From: a candidate division WOR-3 bacterium
GTDB lineage: Bacteria; Hydrothermota; 32-111
NCBI GenBank assembly: GCA_037481815.1
Contig: JBBFKX010000002.1
Coordinates: 32,001 to 96,000 of the forward strand
Reading direction: 5' to 3'
Length of the DNA: 64,000 bases
The notes beneath the pieces are model-generated. The model worked only from the letters and a program-made list of their open reading frames with translations, was not told the origin of the DNA and did no database searches. The stretch's first letter is position 1, and every line of letters starts with the position of its first letter. The translations under genes and the position numbers were made by a program. Below, one piece after another: positions 1 through 10,362 of this stretch.

Positions 1-51
1 ATGCCTGAACAAGTATCTCCCATCCTGCCTTAACATCTTTGAAAAAAACAT
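1..51 (-). CDS. 5' fragment of a gene running off the left edge (MFFSKMLRQDGRYLFRH...), possibly an ICMT/PEMT-like methyltransferase
   Basis: Open frame from ATG at 51 (or 36) to the edge; G-x-x-LFR resembles N-termini of ICMT-family membrane methyltransferases. Only 17 codons visible. Confidence 0.3.
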   Translation of the reverse strand, partial: MFFSKMLRQDGRYLFRH

Positions 52-569
52 AAATTATGGAAAGAATTGTTGATATACCAAAAAGAAAAAATGAAAATAT
101 TATAATGTAAGGAATAAAAAACAGAGAAATAAAAGGAAAAGATTTGTTTATAACGATATAGAAAATTATGTAAATCACATATTCAAAAAAAACTATTATA
201 AGATTTGAAATAACAAGTGATAATGGTAAAATCAACCTTTCGATCTTAACCTTTAAAATCAATTCTCTGTTTCTGTGGAATAACTGTAAGGATTGTGTTG
301 TTGTATTGACAAAAAATCTCCATAAAGTTGTTCCAGCAAGAATAAAAAGTGGATAATTTTTCATGTTGAATCTCATAAACCTGTTAAAAACGATATAGAT
401 TATGATCATCAAAAAGAGAGGTTCAAAAATTATCCAGAAAAAGCCCAACAATGAATTTTTATATTTCGTTTTAAGATCTGATTTTATGAGTTCAACTATT
501 AGATCAAGATTTATCATAAATGTATTTTAACAGAGATTGTTTATCAGTCAAGAATATAATCGGGTTGTA

Positions 570-598
570 TTGACTATTTAACTATGTTATGTTATAAA
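570..598 (+). promoter_or_regulatory. sigma70-type promoter for dapB operon, probably leaderless
   Basis: TTGACT(570-575)-17bp-TATAAA(593-598), TG at 590-591; ATG follows 6 nt later; no SD. Confidence 0.55.
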
Positions 599-604
599 TA
601 AATT

Positions 605-1390
605 ATGATAAGAGTTGGAGTTAATGGTTGTGCTGGAAAGATGGGAAGCATCTTATGCTATAAGATCCTTCATGAGGATGATATTGTATTGACTGAAGCT
701 TTTGAAAAAGCAGGTTCAGAATTTATTGGAAAGGACCTTGGAATAGTTCTTGGTATAGAAGAGTGGAAATTGAATATAAAAGAACTCTCAGTATCTGAAA
801 AATACAAAATGGATATACTTGTAGATTTTTCAACGGAAGAGGGATTTTTAAATTCTCTTGAGTATTCTTTTACCCAAAAAATTCCTTTCATCTCCGGAAC
901 AACCGGACTTTCAGAAGAAAGTTTAAAAAAAATGAAAAATTATTCTAAAGACATTCCAATCCTATACTCATCAAATATGTCAACTGGTATAAACTCGATT
1001 TTAAACGCCCTGGAAGATATGAAAGATATTCTTAATGACAGGAAAAGAGATATTGAAATTATTGAGTACCATCATAACAAAAAAAAGGACTCACCAAGCG
1101 GAACAGCACTTATGATCGCAGAAAAAATATCAGAACTTACAAAAAGAGGCATCAACAAAACTGGAACAGTAAACTTTCCAAGAAACGATGAGATAAGGAT
1201 ACATTCTTTAAGGCTTGGGGAAATATATGGTTATCATAAAGTGATAATCTCGGGAAACGGTGAAACAATCGAAATATCACATACAGCATTATCAAGAGAA
1301 ACTTTTGCGAATGGAGTTATTCAAAGCATAAAGTTTTTATCGGACAAAAAGAATGGCTTATACTCGCTTTCAGACATCAAAAGGAGTTAA
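605..1390 (+). CDS. dapB: 4-hydroxy-tetrahydrodipicolinate reductase
   Basis: GCAGKMG Rossmann motif, DFS, GTTG, EYHHNKKKDSPSGTA substrate loop. Confidence 0.95.
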   Translation: MIRVGVNGCAGKMGSILCYKILHEDDIVLTEAFEKAGSEFIGKDLGIVLGIEEWKLNIKELSVSEKYKMDILVDFSTEEGFLNSLEYSFTQKIPFISGTTGLSEESLKKMKNYSKDIPILYSSNMSTGINSILNALEDMKDILNDRKRDIEIIEYHHNKKKDSPSGTALMIAEKISELTKRGINKTGTVNFPRNDEIRIHSLRLGEIYGYHKVIISGNGETIEISHTALSRETFANGVIQSIKFLSDKKNGLYSLSDIKRS

Positions 1391-1391
1391 A

Positions 1392-2537
1392 ATGTTCTCT
1401 CAAAATCTTGAAAAACTTCCACCGTACCTTTTTGATCAAATAGATAAAATGAAAAAAAGTATAAAAAATCCTATAGATTTTGGTGTGGGAGATCCAGATC
1501 TACCAACCCCAAAAATCATCGTTGATGAGATGATCAAAAATGTTAAAAAATCGGAATACCACAAATATCCCCCATATGAAGGCATTTCTGAATTAAAAAA
1601 AGAGATCTCGATATATTTTAAAAACAGATTCTCAGTGAAAGTTGATCCAGAAAAAGAGATACTAGTTTTAATAGGTTCAAAAGAAGGTATCGCACATTCA
1701 CTTGAAGCATTTATGAATAAAGGAGATAAAGTTTTTATACCTTCAATATGCTATCCGGTTTACAAAAATCAAACGATTTTAAAAGGTGGTATTCCCATAG
1801 AATACAGGATAAGTTATGAAAACAAATTCATACCTGATATAGAGGAAATAAAAAAGAAGATAGACAAAAAAACAAAAATTCTTTTTTTAAACTTTCCGAA
1901 CAATCCAACGGGAACAAAGGTCCAAAAAAGATTTTACGACGATATATACGAACTGTGCTCGAAAAAAAATATATTCGTGTTAAACGATAATGTTTATTCT
2001 GAAATATATTTTGATGATGATCCTCCCCCATCTTTTTTAGAATCAGATAAAAACAAGGATATATCCTGTGAGTTTCACTCTTTTTCGAAGATTTTCAATA
2101 TGACGGGCTGGAGGATTGGCTTTATGGTTGGAAATCAAAAAATGATCGAGACGGTAAAAAAAATAAAAACGAACACAGATTCTGGAGTTTTTATTCCAAT
2201 CCAGTTAGCTGCCGTTAAAGGTTTAAAAAACTTTGAAAAGATTAAAAAAGATAACATAAAGGTTTACAAAAAAAGGATGGATATCCTTTCACAGGAACTT
2301 TACAGAAAAGGTTTTGAATTCCATAAACCGGTTGCAACTTATTACCTTTTCTCAAAAACCTTGAAAAATATGGATTCCCTATCTTTTACAAAATTACTTT
2401 TACAAAAAACTGGTATAGTTACAACTCCCGGCATAGGTTTCGGAAAAGATGGTGATAGGTTTATCAGATTTTCTATAACTTTAAACGAAAAAGATTTTTA
2501 TAGAGGAATAGAAAAAATAAAAAGATTAAAAATTTAA
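1392..2537 (+). CDS. dapL: LL-diaminopimelate aminotransferase (class I/II PLP aminotransferase)
   Basis: LPPYLF, GVGDPDLPTP, LIGSKEGI, NFPNNPTG, HSFSKIFNMTGWRIG; between dapB and lysC; start moved to ATG 1392 after AAGGAG. Confidence 0.8.
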   Translation: MFSQNLEKLPPYLFDQIDKMKKSIKNPIDFGVGDPDLPTPKIIVDEMIKNVKKSEYHKYPPYEGISELKKEISIYFKNRFSVKVDPEKEILVLIGSKEGIAHSLEAFMNKGDKVFIPSICYPVYKNQTILKGGIPIEYRISYENKFIPDIEEIKKKIDKKTKILFLNFPNNPTGTKVQKRFYDDIYELCSKKNIFVLNDNVYSEIYFDDDPPPSFLESDKNKDISCEFHSFSKIFNMTGWRIGFMVGNQKMIETVKKIKTNTDSGVFIPIQLAAVKGLKNFEKIKKDNIKVYKKRMDILSQELYRKGFEFHKPVATYYLFSKTLKNMDSLSFTKLLLQKTGIVTTPGIGFGKDGDRFIRFSITLNEKDFYRGIEKIKRLKI

Positions 2538-3713
2538 ATGGCTTTAATAGTAAAAAAATTTGGCGGGACATCTCTTGCAACGCCAGATCTTATAAAACAT
2601 CTTGCAAAAAAAGTTGCTCTGGATATTAAATCCGGAAACAAGGTTGTTGTTGTTGTTTCTGCAATGGGTAAAACAACAAACGAACTTATATCGATGGCTA
2701 AATCCTTAACCTCAAATCCCGATCAAAGAGAAATGGATATGCTATTAACAGCAGGCGAGAGGATATCGATGTCATTGTTTTCGATGGCTTTGAATTCCCT
2801 TGATATAAAAGCATACTCTTTCACAGGTTCTCAGGTTGGAATCATAACAACATCAACTCACACTGATGCTAAAATTATTACCGTAAAAGGTGAAAGGTTA
2901 CTTGAAGCGTTATCAAATGGAATAACACCAATAATTGCTGGATTTCAAGGGGTATCTTCTACAAAAGAGATCACAACTCTTGGAAGAGGCGGTTCGGATA
3001 CAACCGCGGTTGCAATAGCGGCTTTTTTGAAAGCTGATCTGTGTGAGATCTATACTGATGTTGATGGAGTCTATAAAGTTGATCCAAGGATTATCCCTGA
3101 ATCAAAAATAATTAAAAAAATATCCTATGATGAGATGCTTTTGATGTCACATTTGGGTTCGAAAGTTTTACATCCAAGATCCGTTGAGATCGCTAAAAAA
3201 TATAAAATACCGATTGTTGTAAAATCATCTTTTAATGAAGGAGAAGGAACAATGGTAACCAACATTGAAAACATTGAATCTCCAGGTATAAACAGTATAA
3301 GCGTAAAGGATGATCTCGCGCTTGTTAATATGAAAACTGGAGATTTGGGTCTTGTTAAATTTTTGAATGATCTAAACGAAAAAGATTTGAAAATCGAACT
3401 GTTTATTACAAAAAGTTTGGAAAATATTTCACTTGTGATCTCCCAGGATAAAGTCAACGATCTTTTACCTCTTGTTGAAAACTTTTCAAACTCATTGAGT
3501 ATCAGCAGTGATATCTCTTTAATATCACTTATCGGAGAAGGTATTTCAGAGGATAAAAACATTATCAAAACAATAATCGAAATAGTTTCAAAATATGATA
3601 AGGATATATTTGGAATATTCACCAACAAAATTTCTTACACGATAGTTACTAAAAGGGCTTACAAAGAAAAAATTGTTAAAGAGGTAGGTAAAAGATTTGA
3701 ACTTATCAAATAG
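2538..3713 (+). CDS. lysC: Aspartate kinase
   Basis: KFGGTS, VSAMG, TTLGRGGSDTTA, YTDVDG; C-terminal ACT-like region. Confidence 0.95.
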   Translation: MALIVKKFGGTSLATPDLIKHLAKKVALDIKSGNKVVVVVSAMGKTTNELISMAKSLTSNPDQREMDMLLTAGERISMSLFSMALNSLDIKAYSFTGSQVGIITTSTHTDAKIITVKGERLLEALSNGITPIIAGFQGVSSTKEITTLGRGGSDTTAVAIAAFLKADLCEIYTDVDGVYKVDPRIIPESKIIKKISYDEMLLMSHLGSKVLHPRSVEIAKKYKIPIVVKSSFNEGEGTMVTNIENIESPGINSISVKDDLALVNMKTGDLGLVKFLNDLNEKDLKIELFITKSLENISLVISQDKVNDLLPLVENFSNSLSISSDISLISLIGEGISEDKNIIKTIIEIVSKYDKDIFGIFTNKISYTIVTKRAYKEKIVKEVGKRFELIK

Positions 3714-4674
3714 AAATGTGAATATCGCTCTTGTAGGAGCAACAGGTCTTGTTGGAAGAGAATTTTTAAAACTTGTTGAAGAAAGGGATTTCCCTTTTAA
3801 ACAGTTGTATCTTTTTTCTTCAAAAAAAAGTGCTGGAACAAAATTTAAAGTAAAAGGTAAAATCCATACTGTTAAAGAGTTTGATAAAGATGATTTTCAA
3901 AATATAGATCTTGCATTCTTTGCTACTTCTGCGGAAGAATCCACAAAATATATAGAAGAGATTAAAAAATTTAAAACGGTTTGCATAGACAACTCTTCAG
4001 CTTTCAGATTGAAAAAAAATATTCCCCTTGTGGTCCCTGAGATAAATTTTCATATGATAAAAAGTAGAACAAAAATAATAGCTAATCCAAACTGTTCTAC
4101 GATACAACTCGTTTTGGTATTAAACAGTTTGTTAACAATTGAAAAAATACATTCCGTGAACGTTTCAACATACCAGGCGATATCAGGTGCAGGGAAAGAT
4201 GCTTTGACAAAATTCTTTGAACAAAAAGATGGTAGATATAAAAAGGGAGAACCAGTTTTTTTCAATAACCTAATACAACACATCGGGAATTTTAATCAAG
4301 ATTGGTGCGAAGAGGAAAATAAAATAATCAACGAAACAAGGAAAATTTTAAACGAAAAGAGTTTAAATGTTTCTGCAACAACCATTAGAGTTCCTGTTAT
4401 AAATTCTCACACTGAGGTTGTTATGGTAGAGTTTAAAAGAAAAATTGATTTCAAAAAGGTAGTTGAAGTCCTTCAAAAAACCCCATATCTGATACTGTTA
4501 AAAGAAACCGACCCTATCTCTGTCTCTGGAACCAACCTTGTTTTTGTTTCCCGCCTAAGAAAAGATAAATTCTTAGATAACAGAATCCATTTTGTTATTA
4601 CTGCGGACAACCTAAGAATAGGTGCTGCCCTCAACGGTATAAAAATAGCCGAAAGGATAATATATGAAAGTTAA
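3697..4674 (+). CDS. asd: Aspartate-semialdehyde dehydrogenase
   Basis: GATGLVG, NPNCST catalytic Cys, TYQAISGAG, DNLRIGAALN; TTG start. Confidence 0.95.
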   Translation: MNLSNRNVNIALVGATGLVGREFLKLVEERDFPFKQLYLFSSKKSAGTKFKVKGKIHTVKEFDKDDFQNIDLAFFATSAEESTKYIEEIKKFKTVCIDNSSAFRLKKNIPLVVPEINFHMIKSRTKIIANPNCSTIQLVLVLNSLLTIEKIHSVNVSTYQAISGAGKDALTKFFEQKDGRYKKGEPVFFNNLIQHIGNFNQDWCEEENKIINETRKILNEKSLNVSATTIRVPVINSHTEVVMVEFKRKIDFKKVVEVLQKTPYLILLKETDPISVSGTNLVFVSRLRKDKFLDNRIHFVITADNLRIGAALNGIKIAERIIYES

Positions 4675-5824
4675 AATAATTTTTTTGATTTTGTTTCTTA
4701 CAAACATTTACCTTTTTTCTGCTTTCGATGACGCAATCATTGTTTCTGAAATAAATATAGATTCAACCAATTTCCCCTATTTAAATTTGAATATTGAGAT
4801 CCCATCTAAGGATATAATTTTTTTAAAGGATAGTTTAGGATATTTTTCAAAAATAAACATCATATTCACCTTTTTAAAAGGAAATGATAATCCCATACTT
4901 TCAAAAGAAATAGATACAACAATAAAATATGATACTTTCCCATCATCCATTGATACGCTGATAATAAAATTTAAAAACATTTCTTTAAATGTTCCAGAGG
5001 AAACAAAAAAATTGGTAATAAGTATTCTCGACAAAAAAACCGATAGATCAAAAAATTTTATTTTTAAAGTCGAGATACCAAAGATACCACAGACAGGCAA
5101 CTATCTTAAAAGTTTTTCAATAATAAATGGAACAAATGGTTCATTTTTCGCTGGAGAAACGATAAAAGTTGAAACTAAATTATTTAAAAGGAATGAGAAA
5201 CAGGGAAACTACAATCTTTTGATAATCGATCAAAACGAAAGGATAGTTTTCAAGAAAAAGTTCGCTTCTAAAAATTTAACTGATACCCTTTTGATAATCA
5301 AGGAACTTTATGGTGGGAAATACAGGTTGAAAATCGAATATATTGAAGATAATAAAATCACAAATTTTCTAACAAAAGACCTGTTTATAAAATTCTCATT
5401 CATAAACTCGGAAAATGAATTCCAGGATATTTTAAACGCTTTATCTTATATCGCTAAATGGGATGAATTAGATAAACTGAAAAAATCCACAAAAGAAAAT
5501 AGAGAGGAAGAATGGAACAGGTTCTGGATAAAACAGATTTCAGAACCTATTATAACAACGAATATTTCTTATGCTGAATTTATGGAGAGGTACAACTATT
5601 CGAATAAAAATTTTTCAGGATTCAAAAAAGGTTATAGAACAGATTTTGGAAGGATATATATAATTTATGGGAAACCTGATGAAATTGAAAGACATCCATT
5701 TGATAAAGATAGTAAGCCATATGAGATCTGGTACTATTACAAAAACAACATACAGTTTATCTTTGTTGATGTAAATGGCTACGGAGAATATGTTCTACAG
5801 AATTATCTTGAACAGTTGAGGTGA
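4664..5824 (+). CDS. Secreted GWxTD-domain protein
   Basis: Signal-peptide-like N-terminus; C-terminal FW...RYNYSNKNFS..KKGYRTDFGRIYIIYGKPDEIERH..EIWYY. Confidence 0.8.
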   Translation: MKVKIIFLILFLTNIYLFSAFDDAIIVSEINIDSTNFPYLNLNIEIPSKDIIFLKDSLGYFSKINIIFTFLKGNDNPILSKEIDTTIKYDTFPSSIDTLIIKFKNISLNVPEETKKLVISILDKKTDRSKNFIFKVEIPKIPQTGNYLKSFSIINGTNGSFFAGETIKVETKLFKRNEKQGNYNLLIIDQNERIVFKKKFASKNLTDTLLIIKELYGGKYRLKIEYIEDNKITNFLTKDLFIKFSFINSENEFQDILNALSYIAKWDELDKLKKSTKENREEEWNRFWIKQISEPIITTNISYAEFMERYNYSNKNFSGFKKGYRTDFGRIYIIYGKPDEIERHPFDKDSKPYEIWYYYKNNIQFIFVDVNGYGEYVLQNYLEQLR

Positions 5825-7140
5825 ATATGAGAATTTTTAAAATTTTGATTTTGACACTTTTTTCAATAAATGTTTTTGCAAACTATGATGTATCGATTAC
5901 ATCTTTTAAAGCAAAAGATAACATACATCAAATATTTTATGATATCCAGTTCTACGCAAAGGATATCACGTATAAAAATGTCGATGGAAAAAATACCGGG
6001 ATTCTACATTTTAAAATTTTTGTTAAAAACCTTGAAACATCACAGGAAATATATGATGAATGGAATTCAAAATCTTATATTTCACAATCTGAACAACTCA
6101 ACAGAGAAATGTTCCTTCTCGATCGATCATCTTTTATCCTCTCTCCTGCAAAATATGAAATAAGAAGTTTGATAGTTGATTCTTTTTCAAAAAAGGAGTT
6201 TTCAAAAATCGATACGATAATTTTAGAAACTTTTGACAGTAAACCAACAATTTCAAATATACTTGTAGGATACACCGTAAAAAAAGATTCTCTTGAAGGT
6301 AAATTTACAAGAAACGGATATTCAGTTACTCCAAATCCATCAAAAATATTTACTCTTGTGAACCCTTTGATTTATCTGTATTTTGAAATTTATAATTTAC
6401 ACAACAAAGAATATACTCTTGATTACCTTATATACAATGATAAAGATTCATTGATCACAACAATAAAAGGTGAAAAGAAAATATCGCCTCCTTTCGATTT
6501 TGTTGTGAATAACTTTTTCAACACTCTTGGTTTTAAAGATGGAAAGTATAGATTGGATGTCAAAATAAAATATGATGATAAAGAAATTCTTCAATCAACA
6601 AATTTTGAAAAAATTTCAAACCTCTATACAGGCAGAGAAACCAAATATATTCTAACAGAAGAGGAAATGAAATATTATTCTTTAATAGATTATATTGCAA
6701 CTCCTTCCGAGTTAACACAGTTCAAATCCATAAAAGATGAAAAAGCAAAACATAATTTCCTTCTAAATTTCTGGGAAAGGAGAGATATCGATAAAACAAA
6801 CGATAAACTCGAATCTTTGAAAGATTTTATCTTAAAAGTTAAATATGTCAGAAAAAATTTTTCATCGGGTGGAGAAGATGGCTATCTTTCAGCGAGAGGA
6901 AGGATATATTTAAAATATGGTCCACCGGATGAAACATTACTTGTTCCGATGAGTAAAGGATCAAAAAATTATGATTCCTGGATTTATTATTCGAAAGGTG
7001 GCATGCAGTTCATCTTTATGGATATAAAAGGATTTGGTAAATATGAACTTATATATACAAATGTTATGGAAGAGGAGATACCACAAAATTGGACAAATTA
7101 CATTGACGATTACAATATAATCCAATTTTATAGAAATTAA
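5821..7140 (+). CDS. Secreted GWxTD-domain protein (second paralog, degenerate motif)
   Basis: Signal-peptide-like N-terminus; FWERRD...GYLSARGRIYLKYGPPD..WIY. Confidence 0.75.
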   Translation: MNMRIFKILILTLFSINVFANYDVSITSFKAKDNIHQIFYDIQFYAKDITYKNVDGKNTGILHFKIFVKNLETSQEIYDEWNSKSYISQSEQLNREMFLLDRSSFILSPAKYEIRSLIVDSFSKKEFSKIDTIILETFDSKPTISNILVGYTVKKDSLEGKFTRNGYSVTPNPSKIFTLVNPLIYLYFEIYNLHNKEYTLDYLIYNDKDSLITTIKGEKKISPPFDFVVNNFFNTLGFKDGKYRLDVKIKYDDKEILQSTNFEKISNLYTGRETKYILTEEEMKYYSLIDYIATPSELTQFKSIKDEKAKHNFLLNFWERRDIDKTNDKLESLKDFILKVKYVRKNFSSGGEDGYLSARGRIYLKYGPPDETLLVPMSKGSKNYDSWIYYSKGGMQFIFMDIKGFGKYELIYTNVMEEEIPQNWTNYIDDYNIIQFYRN

Positions 7141-7141
7141 A

Positions 7142-8713
7142 ATGAAAAATTTTGATATTATTGTTGTAGGTTCAGGAATCGCTGGTTTAACTTTCGCATT
7201 CAAGATTGCACCTTATGTTAACAATGTTTGTTTGATAACCAAGAAAAGTATTGAGGACTCAAACACAAACTATGCTCAGGGAGGAATCGCTGCTGTTTTT
7301 GGAGAAGATGATTCTTTTGAACTTCATATAAAGGATACTATCGAAACGGGAAGATATCTATCACATAAGGATGCTGTTGAGATAATGGTTATGAACGGTC
7401 CCAAACTCGTTCTGGAACTCAAAGAACTTGGAGCAAAATTTGAAATAGATGAAAATGGGAAATTTAAACTTGGTAAAGAAGGTGGGCATTCAAGAAGAAG
7501 GATTGTTCATGCCGGCGATTATACGGGATATGAAATTGAAAAAACACTTATAGAAAATATAAAAACCTACAACAATGTTTTGATGTTCACCAACCATTTT
7601 GTCTGTGATCTGATCGTTGATGAAAACAACCTATGCCAGGGTGTTTATGTTCTCGATGTTGAAAAAAATGAGATAGAGCCATATTTCTCTCAGTTCGTGG
7701 TGATCGCAACAGGCGGATGTGGTCAGGTTTACAAATTTACAACAAATCCCATGATCGCAACAGGTGATGGTATTGCGGTTTCATATCTTGCAAATGCCAA
7801 AATAGCAAACATGGAGTTCTTTCAATTTCATCCTACAGCTTTATACAACTCCGAAGAGATGGGGAGATCTTTTTTGATCTCCGAAGCTGTGAGAGGTGAA
7901 GGAGCATTTTTAAAATTGAAAGATAACAGGCAATTCATGCATAAATACAGCGAAAAAAAATCTCTTGCTCCAAGAGATATCGTTGCAAGAGCCATAGATA
8001 ATGAATTAAAACTTTCAGGAGAAGATTTTGTTTACCTTGACCTCTCTCCTTTCACAGAGAAAAAATTTAAAGAAAGATTTCCCAAAATATATGAAAAGTG
8101 TAAACAGATGAACATAAATGTTCCCTATGAACCGATACCTGTTGTTCCAGCAGCACATTATTCGTGTGGTGGTATTTATACTGATACAAATGCAAGGAGT
8201 TCTATTAAAAACCTCTATGCAATAGGTGAAGCCGCATGTACGGGAGTTCATGGAGCAAACAGATTGGCATCAAATTCATTGCTTGAAGCTCTTGTTTTCG
8301 CTGATCAGGCCTTTCGTGATGTGAGGGAAAAATTGAAAGAACCTTTTGAAACCACTGTTCCAGGATTTTACAGTCAGCCAAAACCTATAGATCAAGAAAC
8401 AAGGAAAATTTTGTTCGAATTGAGAAGAAAACTTAAAGAGATAATGTGGAAGAAGGTTTCAATCGTAAAAACTGTAAAATCTTTAAAAGAAGCTGATGAG
8501 CAACTAAACATTCTATCAGAAACATTTTTCAATCTTGAAAATTACAATACTGTTGAATATTTTGAGGTCAGAAATATGATAATAGTTTCAAAAATTATAA
8601 TAAACTCAGCACTCAAAAGAAAAGAATCGAGAGGATTACATTTTGTAAAAGATTATCCTGAAGAGAAAAAGGAATATTTACATGATACAATTATTCAAAA
8701 GGAGGTTTTATGA
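7142..8713 (+). CDS. nadB: L-aspartate oxidase
   Basis: GSGIAG, AQGGIAA, EGGHSRRRIVH, QFHPT, APRDIVAR, GVHGANRLASNSLLE. Confidence 0.95.
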   Translation: MKNFDIIVVGSGIAGLTFAFKIAPYVNNVCLITKKSIEDSNTNYAQGGIAAVFGEDDSFELHIKDTIETGRYLSHKDAVEIMVMNGPKLVLELKELGAKFEIDENGKFKLGKEGGHSRRRIVHAGDYTGYEIEKTLIENIKTYNNVLMFTNHFVCDLIVDENNLCQGVYVLDVEKNEIEPYFSQFVVIATGGCGQVYKFTTNPMIATGDGIAVSYLANAKIANMEFFQFHPTALYNSEEMGRSFLISEAVRGEGAFLKLKDNRQFMHKYSEKKSLAPRDIVARAIDNELKLSGEDFVYLDLSPFTEKKFKERFPKIYEKCKQMNINVPYEPIPVVPAAHYSCGGIYTDTNARSSIKNLYAIGEAACTGVHGANRLASNSLLEALVFADQAFRDVREKLKEPFETTVPGFYSQPKPIDQETRKILFELRRKLKEIMWKKVSIVKTVKSLKEADEQLNILSETFFNLENYNTVEYFEVRNMIIVSKIIINSALKRKESRGLHFVKDYPEEKKEYLHDTIIQKEVL

Positions 8714-8997
8714 ACATAAGAATTACAGGTAAACATCTTGAAATTTCACCAGAAATAAAAAATTTTATTGAAGAATCCTTAAAACACCTTGAAAAATTTG
8801 AACATAATATAATCGATTGTAATGTAGTGGTCGAATTGAATGGAAGAAGATATAAAGTCGAAATAGATGTTGATGTAAAAAAACATAGATTCGTTTCTTC
8901 AGATGAATCTTTCGATCTCATGACATCGATAGATAAAGCGATTGATAAAATGAAAACCCAGCTTAAAAAGTTTGAGGAGAAAAAACATGACAGATAA
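8710..8997 (+). CDS. hpf: Ribosome hibernation factor (short HPF/RaiA)
   Basis: MNIRITGKHLEIS...SIDKAIDKMKTQLKK; SD AGGAGG. Confidence 0.85.
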   Translation: MNIRITGKHLEISPEIKNFIEESLKHLEKFEHNIIDCNVVVELNGRRYKVEIDVDVKKHRFVSSDESFDLMTSIDKAIDKMKTQLKKFEEKKHDR

Positions 8998-9985
8998 TGT
9001 AAAACAAAGAAGTGAGTTGAGCGTAGAAGACCTTTTTAAAGACAACAAAGAGGAATTAGTTTTGAAAGTGGTGTCAGGGAACAACGGGATGACAAACCTT
9101 ATTAAAAGCAAAGAGGTTATAAATGCTGGACTCGCTTTTGCAGGATATACAGAACATATTCAAAAAAGCTCCATAATAGTTGCCGGTGATGTAGAACTTG
9201 ATTTTTTTAACAACCTGAACAGTTCAAAGAGAAAGCTCTTTTTAAACTCAATCTTTGAAAAAGGATGTGCTGCTTTATTTATCGTAACTGAAAGAAATAT
9301 CCCTAAAATAATAAAAATACTTTCAAACAAAAAAGGTATCCCGGTTATTACAAGTAATAAAACTATATACAATACGATAAATAAACTCTCACTTTACCTT
9401 TCAAGCAAACTTGCTGAATCGATAACAAAACATGGAACACTTGTAGATATTTATGGTGTTGGAGTTTTACTTACAGGCAAAAGTGGAATCGGGAAAAGTG
9501 AGTGTGCTCTTGATCTTGTAGATAGAGGTCATCGTCTCGTTGCTGATGATGCTGTTAAAATTTATAAAAGAGGAGAGCATATTTTAATGGGAACAGGGAT
9601 TGCACCTGATTCGTCAATCCAATATCATATGGAAGTCAGAGGTGTCGGAATACTCGATATAGCCAAAATATTTGGGATAAGAGGTGTCAGATTGCACAAA
9701 AGAATCGAGATTGAGATAAACCTGATAGAATGGAAACCTGACACTGATATCGAAAGGGTCGGACTCAAAGAGGAAACATCCAACATTCTCGGAGTCGAAA
9801 TCCCTTTAGTTAAAATACCACTTTTACCAGGTAAAAATATTTCAGTTATAGCAGAAGTTGTAGCACTTAACCATCTTTTAAAAATTTCAGGTTATGACAC
9901 GAGCAAGGTCTTCAATGCTACACTGATAAAACTTATGCAGGAAAAAGCAAAAAAACTGGCAAGACTTGATGAGGACGAAGAATGA
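8987..9985 (+). CDS. hprK: HPr(Ser) kinase/phosphorylase
   Basis: HGTLVDIYGVGVLLTGKSGIGKSECALDLV.RGHRLVADD, MEVRGVGI; start moved to ATG 8987 after GAGGAG. Confidence 0.95.
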   Translation: MTDNVKQRSELSVEDLFKDNKEELVLKVVSGNNGMTNLIKSKEVINAGLAFAGYTEHIQKSSIIVAGDVELDFFNNLNSSKRKLFLNSIFEKGCAALFIVTERNIPKIIKILSNKKGIPVITSNKTIYNTINKLSLYLSSKLAESITKHGTLVDIYGVGVLLTGKSGIGKSECALDLVDRGHRLVADDAVKIYKRGEHILMGTGIAPDSSIQYHMEVRGVGILDIAKIFGIRGVRLHKRIEIEINLIEWKPDTDIERVGLKEETSNILGVEIPLVKIPLLPGKNISVIAEVVALNHLLKISGYDTSKVFNATLIKLMQEKAKKLARLDEDEE

Positions 9986-10362
9986 TATACGGAATTTTTA
10001 CAGGTCATAACAATTTTGCATACGAAACAGTTAAAAGCTGCGAAAGTATAATCGGTGATCAGCAAAACTATTCAACAATTTCAAACAGAGAACTTTCAAA
10101 CGATGAGATCTATGAGCAGTTTGAAAAAATTTTAAAAACTCATCCTGATTGTAAAGAGTTTTTCATATTTATAGATTTCTATGGCTCTTCAATCTCACTT
10201 CCTGCAATAAAGATTAAACAGAAAACAGAAAAGGAAACAATTAAACTCATATTCGGGTATAATCTTCCGATGGTTATCGATTTTTTTCTTCACAGGAATA
10301 AATTGACTGGAGAACAACTTTTCGAAAAAATCATCGATGTTGGAAAAAGAGGTATAAGATGA
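9982..10362 (+). CDS. PTS mannose/fructose-family EIIA
   Basis: TGHNNFA phospho-His site, IDFYGSS, GYNLPMVI. Confidence 0.8.
   Translation: MIYGIFTGHNNFAYETVKSCESIIGDQQNYSTISNRELSNDEIYEQFEKILKTHPDCKEFFIFIDFYGSSISLPAIKIKQKTEKETIKLIFGYNLPMVIDFFLHRNKLTGEQLFEKIIDVGKRGIR

Noticed and set aside
576..604. dif-like site (ATTTAAC...TTATGTT)
   Set aside because: Arm sequence and spacing do not fit the 11-6-11 dif layout; better explained as the dapB promoter spacer.
605..4674. dapA and lysA missing from the DAP cluster
   Set aside because: dapF is already separate in this window, so the pathway is dispersed; absence from 64 kb is uninformative.
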